A stretch of 64,000 nucleotides of DNA, from the NCBI GenBank assembly GCA_965218795.1, contig OZ244653.1, forward strand, positions 992,001 to 1,056,000. Reading direction: 5' to 3'. Below are positions 52,775 through 64,000 of the stretch, piece after piece (position 1 is the stretch's first letter; each line of letters starts with the position of its first letter). The notes beneath the pieces are model-generated. The model did not search any database and was not told the origin of the DNA. It was given only the letters and a program-made list of their open reading frames with translations. A program made the position numbers and the translations under genes. This DNA is from a bacterium. Its GTDB lineage: Bacteria > UBA8248 > JACPRG01 > G963555815.

Positions 52775-55700
52775 GATAGGCCCTTTTGAGCCCCTACAAT
52801 CCTGTTTTCTTCTCGTCCCTCTATGGTAGCGATCTCCTCCTCTGTCAGACCGTAGAGGCGGTAGACTATCTGGTCGATAAGATAGTCAGTCTTTTTGAGG
52901 CGATTTCTGATGAGTAAGAGCCTTGCTAGGCTTTCCTCATACTTGTCCCTAACATCCCCAACGAGTTTTGAATCCGAAAGGTTTACACCGAGTCGGTTCC
53001 TATTCTTATGGAGGATGTGAAGGAGTTGTTTAAAGGCGAGGGGCTCCTTATTCTTCGCGTAGTCGCCTAGATAATTCTTGATATTGGTCTTGCCAGTTAG
53101 AGCCTCAATCCCTTTTTCGCCTTTGGGACCACACCCTACTTTGATGGCCTTATCAAGCCAAGCAAGGAATCGCCTTATCTCATCCTGTTTCTCTTCATTG
53201 AGCTCGATCATCTGTTCTGTCAAAAAGGCCAGGAAATCATGGACAACGTCAGATTTCTCCAGGGGTTCCCCCTTGCCATCATAACCGGAGTGATCCTCGT
53301 CTTTGATGGATGAGGGATGATCCACTCTGAGAAATCCCCTATCCCGTGCCTCTTTGACGGAGATAGAAACGGTGAAAGCAAGGAAGTTTGCCTCCTTGTC
53401 TTTGGGCAACAGTTCCTCGACAAACGCGGTAATACATAATGTGTCTCCCTTCACTAGAAAATCCTGATAAAAGGCTTTTCCTTTCTCTAGTACCTTGTAA
53501 CAGAGACTTTGCTAGTGGTGATTCGCCGTGAGCCATCAGTATAGCTCCACTTGATGGGTTTGGGTTTCTTGTTGCACTGTCGAATATAGCGCATCAGTTT
53601 TCGAGCCAAATCAGGAACCGAAGTGAAGACGCCGCGGGCAATGACGTCGCGTTGGATTTTTGCGAACCAGATTTCGACCTGATTCAACCAAGAGGAATAA
53701 GTTGGGGTGAAATGCAAATGCACGCGCGGGTGAGCGTCAAGAAACTGTCGCACGCGGCGGCTCTTATGAGCCGACAGATTGTCTGCGATGATGTGAATTT
53801 CACGCCGCTTGGGTTGTCTGGCCACGATGCCAGAAAGGAAAGCCACAAAGGCCTCGCTGGTGTGCCTCGCTGCGGTCTTGCCGATGACCTCGCCGGTCTT
53901 TGTATTCAGGGCCGCATACAGCGAGAGCGTTCCGTGCCGGTAATACTCGAAACCGTGACGCTCGGCGCGACCCGGAGAAAGCGGCAACACGGGATCGAAT
54001 CGGTCCAAGGCCTGAATGGCGGTTTTTTCATCCACACAGAAAACGGCGGCGTGTTGCGGCGGGTTGACATAGAGGCCAATGATATCGGCCGCCTTCTTCT
54101 CAAAGTCCGGATCATTCGATGCCATGTAACGTTGAATGCGGTGGGGTTGCAGACCCGCACGTTTCCAAACCCGGGCCACCATCATGTGGTGGGTGCCCAA
54201 CTGCCGCGCCAGCTTGCGACTACTCCAGTGCGTCGATCCGTCCGGTGGTCGGCGCCTGGTCCAGTCCAGAATCCGAGCCTCCAGCCGGGGGGTGCGCTTG
54301 TGAACCGCTCGACCGCAATGTCTGGAATACAAGCCGGCCAGTCCCTCTTGTTGGAACCGGGTCTTCCATCGGCTCACATACCGGGCATCGCAGCCCACGG
54401 CGCGCTGGATCCTCAAATAAGACTCCCCGGCATCGAGCATCAGAATGACTTGGGCTCGTCGGACGTCTTCGGACCGCAGCACGCGCGAACGGGATCGCCG
54501 TTGCAGTTCTTCTCTTTCATCGGAAGTCAGCTGAATGGGGGTGTTTGGCATGCATGATACTGTACCAAACATTACTGGCTATCTCAATGTTACAGTCCAC
54601 TAGGAGCTTCTTCCTCTCATTGTGTTGCGTTGTAAATCCAATTCTTCGGATAGGGATCTTCTCGATTCGGAAAGCCTTAACCTGAGCAAATGCACGTCCA
54701 TCTTCTTCGGCAAAATAATCGTAAACATGACTAATCAAATGTGAATTAAGAAGGCTGAGGACAAAGTTCAACGACGTCTGCGCTTCTTTACTTCGCGGAA
54801 TGATAACGTGAACGGTTTTGTCTACTAAAGCGCCACTTCTATCGATCGATGCGACAATGCAGTCCGAGGTCTGCCTATTAATATTTTTACGGGTACCTGG
54901 AGAAACTTGCCGCTGAATCGAAATACATCAGATTCAGGATCGAGAAGTTGCTTATAGTTATATCTTAGCCAATGCTGACCAATCTCAGGCTCGGTGTAGC
55001 GGGTAAAGTCGCCTCCCTTGACAAAGGGGATGTCGTCAGGGTGAAATCTTGATCCGTCGTACAAAATGCGTGAACCGATTGACTTCCCACGCTGCTTCCC
55101 TCGACCAACAGTCCAGTAGTTTAGACCAACATCCTTGACCCAAAAGAGTTTTTCAAGCGGATAACTAACTTTCCTCAGACTCTCCACTGTTGTGTCTTGT
55201 CGTTTCCAAGGCCATCGCCGAGTAGCAAAAGATCAGCCTTGAAATCTTTCACTATTGCTATTCTGTCATCTTGTATTGTTGCTTTCGCAAGACGAGTAAG
55301 CCACGGCAGAGTTGGTGTTGCTCGAATGCCTACATAAATGGCAGAAAAAACGTTGGGATCAGGAAACAGTGTAGTGGATCCAAAGTCGAGGATCTCGAGA
55401 AACGTAGCTTGCTTCAATGCTTGGCGTTTCAACGAGGCGAAGTATGGACCAAGAACAAAGGTGTTCGGAACGATGAGCGATAGGAACCCACCTGCTCGAG
55501 GCAACTGGAAGGAAAGTTCGGTAAATGCGGAGTAGAGGTCGTTATTCCGCTGGAACGCCGGAAATCGTTTTTCAATCGACGATTTCACCGATGGATCGAA
55601 TACGATACCGTAAGGTGGATTACCAATTACAGAGTCAAACCCGGCCCCATTTAATCGCTCTACGACTTGAGTCGTCCCCTCCCGCGGTCCGTAGAAGACC

Positions 55701-58700
55701 TCGGGGAACTCCAGCTCCCAGTGGAAGAAGGATGTCGCCGCTGCTGCTTTGATCCCGGCCCTTAGGAGTCCCCGATAGGGCTCCTCGTCGAGCGGGGTTC
55801 CATCCTTGCCCTTGACCCACTCGAAAAGGTCCCCACTGCGCAGGATGTCGTCAAAGCGGTCGATTTCCGCAGCCTTCTTTTTTGATCCTTTCCTCTTGGG
55901 CTTTCCGTTCGTCACGAACCACCGGGCCGTGTGAACATCCAGGATTTTCTTGAAGTTCTCCAAGTCTGACAGGGCGGACTTGTAGCGCCGCCGAGATTCG
56001 ACCACCTGCTCCGATGTAACGTCCGGAAGCCCGCCGATGGCGATCATCCCTTGCACGGCCTGAAGCAGTCCCTGCCAGTCGCTCGTGGCGGACAGAGGAA
56101 GCTGCCCCTTGGCTTGCCGGATCTTGTCCACATCCTCCACGGTCGAGCCGATCAGGGAGTTCCCGACGCGAAGGTGATGGTCCAGGAAAGACAGCGGCGC
56201 ACCCAAGGTGAAGCAGTCCAGCCACAATGAGACCTTGGCCAGCTCCACGGCCATGGGATTCAGGTCCACGCCGTAAATGCAACGCTTCAGGACGTGTCGT
56301 TTGAGGAGATTCACGTCCGTCAGCTTGTCCCGGTCAATCGTTACGTCCTGCTGGTCCAGCCCGTGGAGGATGGTCTCCCGCGTGCGCTGGAGCTCCGCCT
56401 GGACGGGATTCCAGGGGAAGGCGTTCAGGAAGTCGAGCATCTTGTCCGTGATGAAGTCCACCGCCTCGACCAGAAAGTGGCCGGACCCCATCGCGGGATC
56501 GAGGACCTTGATGTCGAAGAATTCCTTGACGAGATTGCCCCACTTCTCCGTCACTGCCGGACCGGTCTCATACTTCGCCACGACGTCGCCCTTGGCCTTC
56601 GCCAGTTCGACCATCTCCTTGTTCCACTTTTGGGCCTCGCGGAACCTGGGGCGGAGGGCTTCGAGCTTTTCCTCCACTACGGGGCCGACGGCGTGCTCCA
56701 CGATATACTTCACGATGTGGTCCGGGGTGTAGTAGGAACCCGTGGCCTTGCGCTCCCGCTTGTCGTTCTCGATGTAGACTTGGCCCTTCTTGTAGATTCG
56801 TTCCTGCGCGTCCTTCCCCTTTCCTCTCTTCAGGATCTTCCGGCCCTCTGAGGCAATCTCTTTGTAGGGTACGACCTCCTCGGTCCGCTTCCCCTTGACC
56901 ACGGCCATCTTCTGCGAAGCGATGCGCAGCTTGAACTCCAGGAGGCCCTCGTAAATGGACCCGAGTTGCCGGACGCCCAGGGATTTGTAATCGATGAACA
57001 CGAGGTCCTGGCGCTTTTCTTCCTCGTCCCTCGCCAAGAGGTCGATGGCCGTGACCAGGTAATAATCGGGGACTTGCGTATCCAGCAGGAACCTGCTAAC
57101 TCGCGTTTCGGCGGAGTGGTCCTCGTCCTCGGGCTTGGTCAGGAACAGGCCGCCGTTGTAGACGGGCACGTTCAGGGACTTGTCGCCCTGATCCACGGCT
57201 TCAAAGAGTGCCGTGAGACGGCCGTACAAATGATAGGCGCTTTTGGAATAGTGTTTCCTGAAGCGCGTTTCCGCCTCTTCACGGATGGCTTTTCCAACGT
57301 CCGCGATTTCCTTCTTCAGCCTTTCGAGGCTGGCTTCGTAATAGCCCCGGACCTCCTTGGCGGGCAGAAGGTCCCTGGCTTCGGCATAAAGCAGAAAGAG
57401 CACCCGGTAGAGAAGCGTCAGCGTGCCTTCGAAGACGGTATTCAGTGCTTCGTCCGAAAGATTGGCATCCACTCCTTGCTGTTCCCTGATGTGGGCGATG
57501 AAACCCTCGGCCAGGACGGGAAAGATACGCTCGAAGACCCGATCCTTGAGTTTGTCCCCCAGCCTCTTTGCGTAATCCTGACTTTCCAGGAAAAGACGCT
57601 CAAGGAACGAAAGAAGCTCGGTGCGTCCTTCCCGTTGGGTCTCGGCCGGCTCGAAGGCCTCCCTGCGGAAGAGAATCCAGAAGAAAGGAAAGGCTTCGGC
57701 GGGATCGGCCGTATAGGGTCCGGCCTCGGCGAGGAGTTCCTCCAGGTCGATTTCGTAATAGTTCGTCGCCCGGGAATGGGCGCGCTTTGAATAGAGCCGC
57801 CACAGCTTGCCGTTCGTCACGATTACCCACGGGACATCTTCCGTTTCCAGAAGGCTCACGACCACGGCGCCGGGGTTTTCGTCCGGGGTTTCCTTGTCCC
57901 GCTGGTCGTCCTTGCCGTCCAGGGAACGGTCCCACGGATAGGTCAGGCAGAGGGCCCGGGGCTTTCCATCACCGCTCGGCTCGCGAAGGAGATAGTCCGG
58001 CTTGCTCTCCGCGCTGTCCGGCGGTTTTCCCTCTTCGGCCCGGAAGCCGAGAGATTCGAAGACCGGCTCGAAAAGCGCCTTTCGGAGATCCGCTTCCGTC
58101 TTTCCGGCGAAACGGCTCCGGGCGTCCTTGTAAGTCTCCCGCAAGCTCAGGTAAGCGGATTTCAGATCGCCCTCCTTGGGAGGCGATACGGTCAGGTAGG
58201 TCTTGAGGTAGTGGTCAGAGAAAAGAGCCCGGTTGTTGAAGTACTCTTCTGACCAGTCGGCCACGGTGTAAGCGGAAAGAAGCTTCGGATAGTGGGCGAT
58301 GGGGTCGCCTTCCGTGTAGGTGAACCGCCGAAGGATCCGGAGTTCCACCCGTCCGGGCTTTCGCCGATCCACCGTGAGGACGCGCGGGCGGATGCCCACC
58401 TGCTTCGGCGCGAGCGCCTTTCCCTCTCCGTTCTGAGACGGGATGTACTTGTGAAGGAGAACGAAATCCAGTTGCTCGTAATCGCTGGTGAGGACGAGTA
58501 GATAGTTGCCTGCCCGGTTGCGGAAGATGCGAGCCAGTGCCCGGGTCTGGGCAACGGTCACGCTTTTGAGCTCAAACAGATAGACCTGAAAGAGCCCTTC
58601 CTGATCCGCGATCAGCTCGATTTTCTTGATGGGGCGGAGCGTGCCTTCGGCCGTGATGCCCAAGTTGCCGGGCGTCTGCACTGTCCTGGCGTCTGTGTTG

Positions 58701-58933
58701 TACCCCAGACGGGCGAAGAAGGAGACCAGAGCGTCCGAGTGATTCAGCTCTTGGATGTCGTGGGGTGCAAGTTCAATGTCTGCAAAAATGGGTTGTTTGA
58801 GGTTTTCATCTTCCAACCGTCTGTTCAACTTCCTTGAGCAAATTGGCAAAAAGCTATTGAAGTAAAAACTGAACAAATCTTTCTGAGTAATTTGTGCTCC
58901 CATCCCAACCAGAGGTGAAACTGCACGTTGCAC
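52771..58933 (-). pseudogene. Type IIG (Eco57I-like) fused restriction-modification enzyme, disrupted
   Basis: TGSYYTP, LDPAMGSGHFL, GNPPY in the 1252-aa ORF; target-recognition region broken by frameshifts near 55200 and 54878 and by IS630; removing the IS rejoins NERKKLL|EKGKAFYQDFLVKGDTL..IDQIVYRLYGLTEEEI in frame. Start uncertain. Confidence 0.88.
53488..54602 (-). mobile_element. IS630-family element, copy 2, inserted in the R-M gene
   Basis: Same length (1115 bp) and identical translation to copy 1; CTAG target. Confidence 0.95.
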
Positions 58934-59244
58934 CTACATAATAAGTCAAACTGATTAGCAGAAGAAGTAACGGTAAATTTAGAATTCAAGCGTACCGACC
59001 GGGAAGAGAGAGGTCAAAACAACTCACGAAGGTACCGCAGCCTCGACGAGGTGCTCGTCTGTGCAGCGGATCGAAAACAATTGCGAATGGCCTGAAACTC
59101 CGGGGAATTCCGGGGCGAAACGGCCTGGGAAAACGTGAAGGGTTCAAGATGTGTTGGAGGACCCCCCACCGCATCAGGCCTCGCCTCGCGGCTCGGCTTG
59201 TCTGGATTCCCGCCCCCGATTGAAACCTTCGAGGGCATGCTTGA

Positions 59245-59680
59245 GCGGGAATGACAAGTGGAAAATCCCACCGAAAAAGGCCCTGGAATCGCCTGTGAAA
59301 AGCCCTTGCAAGGGGGTTGCAATGGGCGTGCATGGACCACGCCCGATGCCGACGATGCGTGAAGCGGAACGGCTATCTCCCCCCACCGGAAAATCCGCGG
59401 GCTGCGCCCTTGATTTGCCGACTCCCCCTCAAGGGGGGAGTGGTTATTGGAGCAGGAGGCCATGACTGGATTCCCGCCTGCGCGGGAATGACAAGTGGAA
59501 AATCCCACCGAAAAAGGCCCTGGAAACGCCTGTGAAAAGCCCTTGCAAGGGGGTTGCAATGGGCGTGCATGGACCGCGCTCGATGCCGACGATGTGTGAA
59601 GCGGAACGGCCTTTTCCCCCCACCGGAAAATCCGCGGGCTGGGCCCTTGATTTGCCGACTCCCCCTCAAGGGGGGAGTGA
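59245..59680. repeat. Tandem duplication, ~237 bp period, of a palindrome-rich unit
   Basis: gcgggaatgacaagtggaaaatcccaccgaaaaaggccctggaa at 59245 and 59482; core also at 48600-48665. Confidence 0.88.
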
Positions 59681-59926
59681 TTGAAAGACCGGGAGCAGGC
59701 TGGCCAGGTGGGCGCCTGTCTGACGCTCAGCGGTGAGCTGTCCAGGAATCCCCGCCAAAAAGGCGGTTCAACCCCCCTCATGTCTTTAATTTGTCCCGGA
59801 AAAGGCGCTTGTTACGCGATTTTTAGGCGTTTGAGGCAAGAAAGCGACGGTCGAATTTCAGGGCGAAGGATCAGGCGTTCACGCGTACTTTGCGGAGCGC
59901 GCCGACGGCACCCACCGCCACTTCTG

Positions 59927-59982
59927 CACGGTATTCCACGGTATTCCACGGTAAAACACGGCAAAACACGGCAAAACACGGA
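59927..59982. repeat. Six 10-bp-period CACGG repeats
   Basis: cacggtattc x2, cacggtaaaa, cacggcaaaa x2, cacgga. Confidence 0.85.
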
Positions 59983-60152
59983 ACCCCGGCCCCTACAGTT
60001 ATTTCCGATCCTCCCCAATCTGCCTGCCCGTCACGGGGCCGACGATGAGAACGAGCAGGTTGGATATCCCCACCCCATCAGGATCAAGGATCCAGTCCCA
60101 ATGATCACACGTATCCGGGAAAACGAAATAAAAGGAAAGACATTGCGGAATG

Positions 60153-62441
60153 TTAAGAGATTTTTTCTTCTTTCAGCAGACCCAGCAACCGCTCGGAATT
60201 GATGGGCAGCGACTTGACCGACACGCCTGTGGCATCGATCACCGCATTGGCGATAGCCGGCGCGATGGCCACCAGGGCGGGCTCAGCCAGGCCCTTTGCG
60301 CCCCATGGACCCGTAGGCTCGATGGATTCCACGATGATCGGGACGGTCTCCCGAGGCATGTCCTCCGAGGTGGCGATACGGTAATCCACGATATTGGCGT
60401 TCTGCGGGAGACAGGTTTCCGGGTCAATCACCATGTCTTCAATCAGCGCATACCCCACCCCTTGAGCGGCCCCGCCCTCGATCTGGCCCTCGCAGATCTG
60501 GGGATTGATGGCCCGCCCGATGTCGTGAGCGCAGACGAGCTTCAGGACCTCCACCTCTCCGGTCTCGGTGTCCACTTCCACTTCGGCAAACTGCGCCAGG
60601 AACGGCGGGCAGTTCGTGACCGGGGCGAAGGTTCCCCGGCCCATGATCATCTCGTTCTTGTCGCAATGGACGGCATGCATCGCCGCATCTTCGAAACGCA
60701 TGGCCCGCTTCGGAGCGCTCTGGACGTAGACCTTTTCGTCAGCGCACACGAGGTCGCCCGGGTCGGCCTCGAGATGCTCCGCCACCACGCCGAGGAGCTG
60801 ATCGCGCGCCTCCTCGGCGGCGCGCTTGACCGCGTTTCCGGCCATATAGGCTTGCCGGCTGCTGTGCGTTCCGTTGTCGTACGGGCAAAACTCGGTGTCG
60901 CCATTGAAGACATCAATCCGATCCGGATCGGTGCCCAACACCTCGGCCGCCACCTGGGCGAGAATCGTGTCCGACCCCTGTCCCAAATCGCAGGCCCCGA
61001 CGGAGATGTTCACTGTCCCGTCCTCGTTGATCTTCAGTATCGCCCCGGTGACCTCGTTGACGAACGGCTTGACGCCGGTGTTGTGGGTTCCAATCCCCAT
61101 CCCCACGCCGCGGACTTTTGTCCCGTTCCGGATCTTCCGGCCCCGCACCTCCGACCACCCGACGGCGTCCGCGCCCTTCCGGATGCATTCTTCCATGCCC
61201 GAGCTCTCGATGGTGATCTTGCTCATCTCGTCGTAATCGCCCACGCGCACATGGTTTTTCAAACGAAGGTCCACCGCGTCCATGCCGAGCTTTTCCGCCG
61301 CCCGGTCCATCAGCAATTCCATGGCGAAGGTCTGCTGGGGTGTCCCGAATCCGCGAAAGGCTCCGGCCACGGGGAAGTTCGTGTAGGCGGCAATCCCCTC
61401 GTAGCGGACGTGCGGAGTGCGGTAGAGCATCATCCACCGATGGCCCGTCGTCATTGTCACCTTCGGGCTGGCGGCGGAGTAACCGCCGGCGTTCAGGTAG
61501 GCCCGCAGCTCCCGGGCGTGGAGCGTGCCGTCCGACTTGAATCCGAGCTTCAGATAAAACCGGTTGGCGTGCCGCGTGCGCGTGCCGACGAACTCTTCCC
61601 ACCGGGTCAGGGAAAGGCGCACCGGGCGTCCCGATTCCATGGCCATCAGCGCGACGACGATTTCGTCGAATAAGTCGTTCTTTCCCCCGAAGCTGCCGCC
61701 GGTGAAGGGCTTGATGACGCGGATGCGCGTCAACGGAATATTGAGCACCTTGCCCAGCAGGATGCGGATATTGTGAACGCCCTGGGTCGAGGTCCAGATC
61801 GTCAATCGGCCGGAGTGTGCGTCATACGCTCCGGCATAGGTGTGGGTTTCCATCGGCATATGCTGGACGACATGAGTCTCGAAGGAGTCCTCCAGGATCA
61901 GTTCGCTCTCCTGAAATCCTTTTTTCGCGTCCCCGACGCCCCATTCGACATGCTTGAGGAGGTTCGTATCTCCGTGGATCGGGGAGGCCCCGGGCTTCAG
62001 CGCCTCCTCCGGGTCGCCGACGACGGGCAGAGGCTCGTATTCGACCTCGATGAGCTCAAGGGCCTCCTCCGCAATGTGCGGGGTGGTGGCCGAGACGGCG
62101 GCGACACGATCGCCAACGTGCCGGACGACGGGTGAGAACGCGCGCTCGTCCGGAAGGAGCCGGTCATCGTCGACGGGCTCGCGCCAATAACTGTTGTAGA
62201 GAACGTCCGGGGTGTTCTCATGGGTGAGGACGACTTTGACGCCGGGCAGCTCCAGGGCTTTGGAGGCATCGATCTTCGCGATGCGGGCGTGGGGGACCGG
62301 GCTTCTGAGGATCCGGATGGTGAGGGCTCGTTGCATCGGCAGGTCGGACGTGTACTTCGCGTGGCCGGTCACTTTGAGAAAGGCGTCCTTTTTCCTGATC
62401 GGCTTTCCGATGAAACGGAGATCGCCCCCGTTGCCGCTCAT
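60153..62441 (-). CDS. Xanthine dehydrogenase-family molybdopterin-binding (large) subunit
   Basis: GGSFGGK, AFRGFG, DLGQG, HSSRQA, GQIEGG, KGLAEP. Confidence 0.95.
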   Translation of the reverse strand: MSGNGGDLRFIGKPIRKKDAFLKVTGHAKYTSDLPMQRALTIRILRSPVPHARIAKIDASKALELPGVKVVLTHENTPDVLYNSYWREPVDDDRLLPDERAFSPVVRHVGDRVAAVSATTPHIAEEALELIEVEYEPLPVVGDPEEALKPGASPIHGDTNLLKHVEWGVGDAKKGFQESELILEDSFETHVVQHMPMETHTYAGAYDAHSGRLTIWTSTQGVHNIRILLGKVLNIPLTRIRVIKPFTGGSFGGKNDLFDEIVVALMAMESGRPVRLSLTRWEEFVGTRTRHANRFYLKLGFKSDGTLHARELRAYLNAGGYSAASPKVTMTTGHRWMMLYRTPHVRYEGIAAYTNFPVAGAFRGFGTPQQTFAMELLMDRAAEKLGMDAVDLRLKNHVRVGDYDEMSKITIESSGMEECIRKGADAVGWSEVRGRKIRNGTKVRGVGMGIGTHNTGVKPFVNEVTGAILKINEDGTVNISVGACDLGQGSDTILAQVAAEVLGTDPDRIDVFNGDTEFCPYDNGTHSSRQAYMAGNAVKRAAEEARDQLLGVVAEHLEADPGDLVCADEKVYVQSAPKRAMRFEDAAMHAVHCDKNEMIMGRGTFAPVTNCPPFLAQFAEVEVDTETGEVEVLKLVCAHDIGRAINPQICEGQIEGGAAQGVGYALIEDMVIDPETCLPQNANIVDYRIATSEDMPRETVPIIVESIEPTGPWGAKGLAEPALVAIAPAIANAVIDATGVSVKSLPINSERLLGLLKEEKIS

Positions 62442-62917
62442 TGAGAACTCCCCATTCGTTCCGCCGCGAGCTCAACGGCCTCGATAATCTTGATGTAGCC
62501 GGTGCATCGGCAGTAGTTGCCGTGCAAGGCCTCGCGAATCTGTTCACGGCTTGGATTTCCGTTTTCGTTCAATAGCGCGATGGACGTCAGGACCATGGAC
62601 GGCGTGCAGAACCCGCACTGCACGGCTCCGCATTCGATGAAGGTCTCCTGGACCGGGTGCAGGTTCCCCCCATCGGCCACCCCCTCGATGGTGCGGACCT
62701 GCGCGCCGTCCACCCGGACTGCCGGGATCAGGCAGGAGCAGGCGAGCTCCTCCCCCACCAATACGGTGCAGCATCCGCAAACGCCGACGTCGCAGCCGAC
62801 CTTCGTACCCGTCAGCTCGAGGTCCTCCCTGAGTATCTCCGACAGAAACCGGTTCACCGGAACCGTGAGCTCCACGGGCTCGTCATTCACCATGAACCGA
62901 ATCGCCTTTCTTTCCAC
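62438..62917 (-). CDS. (2Fe-2S)-binding small subunit (CoxS/XdhC-like)
   Basis: GTKVGCDVGVCGCCTV, QCGFCTP, NYCRCTGY. Confidence 0.96.
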   Translation of the reverse strand: MERKAIRFMVNDEPVELTVPVNRFLSEILREDLELTGTKVGCDVGVCGCCTVLVGEELACSCLIPAVRVDGAQVRTIEGVADGGNLHPVQETFIECGAVQCGFCTPSMVLTSIALLNENGNPSREQIREALHGNYCRCTGYIKIIEAVELAAERMGSSQ

Positions 62918-62978
62918 GGGCAGCCTTTCTTCTTTCCTGAAGTCCGGACGCGAATCGCAAAGGCTCGGGACGCCTGAA

Positions 62979-63842
62979 TCAATCCCCGCCGGTCACTTGT
63001 CTCAAGAGCCGGGGCAGGAGTACCTTGACCATCTCCCTCTTGTAGCTTCCGGTGCAGTAGACGTCATCCGGAGGATTCACCTCGCCCGCGGCGGCCTCGG
63101 CGGCCTTCCGGAATCGATCCTCCTCCGTCGGCTGTTCCTTCAAAACGTCCTCCGCCGCCTGGGACCGCATCGGAACCGGGGAGGCGTTGGAGAACGCGAC
63201 GCGAGCGTCAAGGCAGGTCTTTCCGTCGGGCGACAGGTCCAGGCGCACGGCGAGCCCCAGGGTGGGCTTGTCCCCCTTCGATCGCGGCGTGAACTTGTAA
63301 TGACCGAAGACGGAATTCCCGCCGCCCATCGGAACGGTGATCTCGGTAATCATCTCGTTGGGCTGAAGGGAGGTCTCATAGGCATCGACGAAGAGGTCTT
63401 TCACCTCGACGGCCCGCGAATGCCCCTTCCGAACGGCGCGCACGATGGCGTCCAGGACCAGGCAGGCAGCGGGCGGATCGGAAGCCGTCTCCCCATACGC
63501 CAGGCAGCCGCCCAGGGTGATCTGGTTGCGCAGCCGCCGGGACGCCACCTTCCCGACCACTTCCGCCAGGAAAGGGACGTTTTTGAGGACGACGGGGGAG
63601 CGCCCGATATCCGTCAGGGTCGTCATGGCCCCGATTCGAAGTCCCTCGCCCCCCATCAGGAGAAACTTCAGATCGGAAACCCCCTGAAGGTCCACGAGAG
63701 ATTCGGGCGAAAACAGCCGCTCCTTCATCAGCGCGAAGAGCGCCGTCCCGCCGCCGATCGGGCGAGTCAACTCTCCCCGCCCCTCCAGCAGGGCGACGGC
63801 TTCTTTCAAATCACCTGGAAGCTGATAATCGAAATTCTTCAC
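62979..63842 (-). CDS. FAD-binding medium subunit (CoxM-like)
   Basis: IGGGT, IGAMTT, RNQITLGG..SDPP; GTG start at 63842. Confidence 0.93.
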   Translation of the reverse strand: MKNFDYQLPGDLKEAVALLEGRGELTRPIGGGTALFALMKERLFSPESLVDLQGVSDLKFLLMGGEGLRIGAMTTLTDIGRSPVVLKNVPFLAEVVGKVASRRLRNQITLGGCLAYGETASDPPAACLVLDAIVRAVRKGHSRAVEVKDLFVDAYETSLQPNEMITEITVPMGGGNSVFGHYKFTPRSKGDKPTLGLAVRLDLSPDGKTCLDARVAFSNASPVPMRSQAAEDVLKEQPTEEDRFRKAAEAAAGEVNPPDDVYCTGSYKREMVKVLLPRLLRQVTGGD

Positions 63843-64000
63843 GGACCATCTAGTCAAAGGCGCGGGCTTCAACCCATCGACCCATCCAAATCACCCTTCC
63901 ATCCGACATGACGCTGTGTTCTATCCCGGCAGCCGGAGCGTTGTCAAATAGGCCGGCGGGAAGAGCCGCGGGCCGGCCGCCGGCATGGTTGTGATAACCC

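Noticed and set aside
45733-54602. Composite transposon formed by two direct IS630 copies
   Set aside because: Copy 2 splits an R-M gene whose halves rejoin in frame across it, so the copies inserted independently and the enclosed DNA did not arrive as a unit.
59014-59781. 255-aa ORF with internal repeat
   Set aside because: It is the translation of the palindromic tandem repeat, with no protein features.
59200-59990. CRISPR array
   Set aside because: Repeats are a 237-bp tandem duplication and a 10-bp minisatellite with no unique spacers and no cas genes.

Overview
GC-rich bacterial chromosomal window, mostly accessory catabolism with many decaying genes. Left end: tenA, truA, a cold-shock gene, then a B12-type radical SAM gene that reads through an in-frame UGA into a C-U-A-E-P tail and is coupled to an ATP-grasp ligase, followed by yggX and a bactofilin-DinB fusion. 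About 7-15 kb is a degrading surface-glycan modification patch with an internal duplication. About 12-45 kb and 60-64 kb hold heterocycle/organic-acid catabolic genes: two Rieske oxygenases, a THI5/NMT1-type ABC importer, xanthine-dehydrogenase-family Mo enzymes, amidohydrolases, E1 alpha/beta, a CoA-transferase/ACAD/MaoC set and queF. A second hidden selenoprotein (AhpD-like, CxxU) lies at 26042-26653. About 48.7-59.7 kb is a defence island: a type IIG-like R-M gene (two frameshifts plus an IS630 insertion) coupled to an intact PLD-SNF2 helicase, with a probable type ISP relic and a tRNA-like end. There are two IS5 and two IS630 copies and several dispersed mosaic/palindromic repeat families. 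No CRISPR array or rRNA was seen. All calls come from reading motifs by eye without database searches, and some frameshifts could be sequencing errors.
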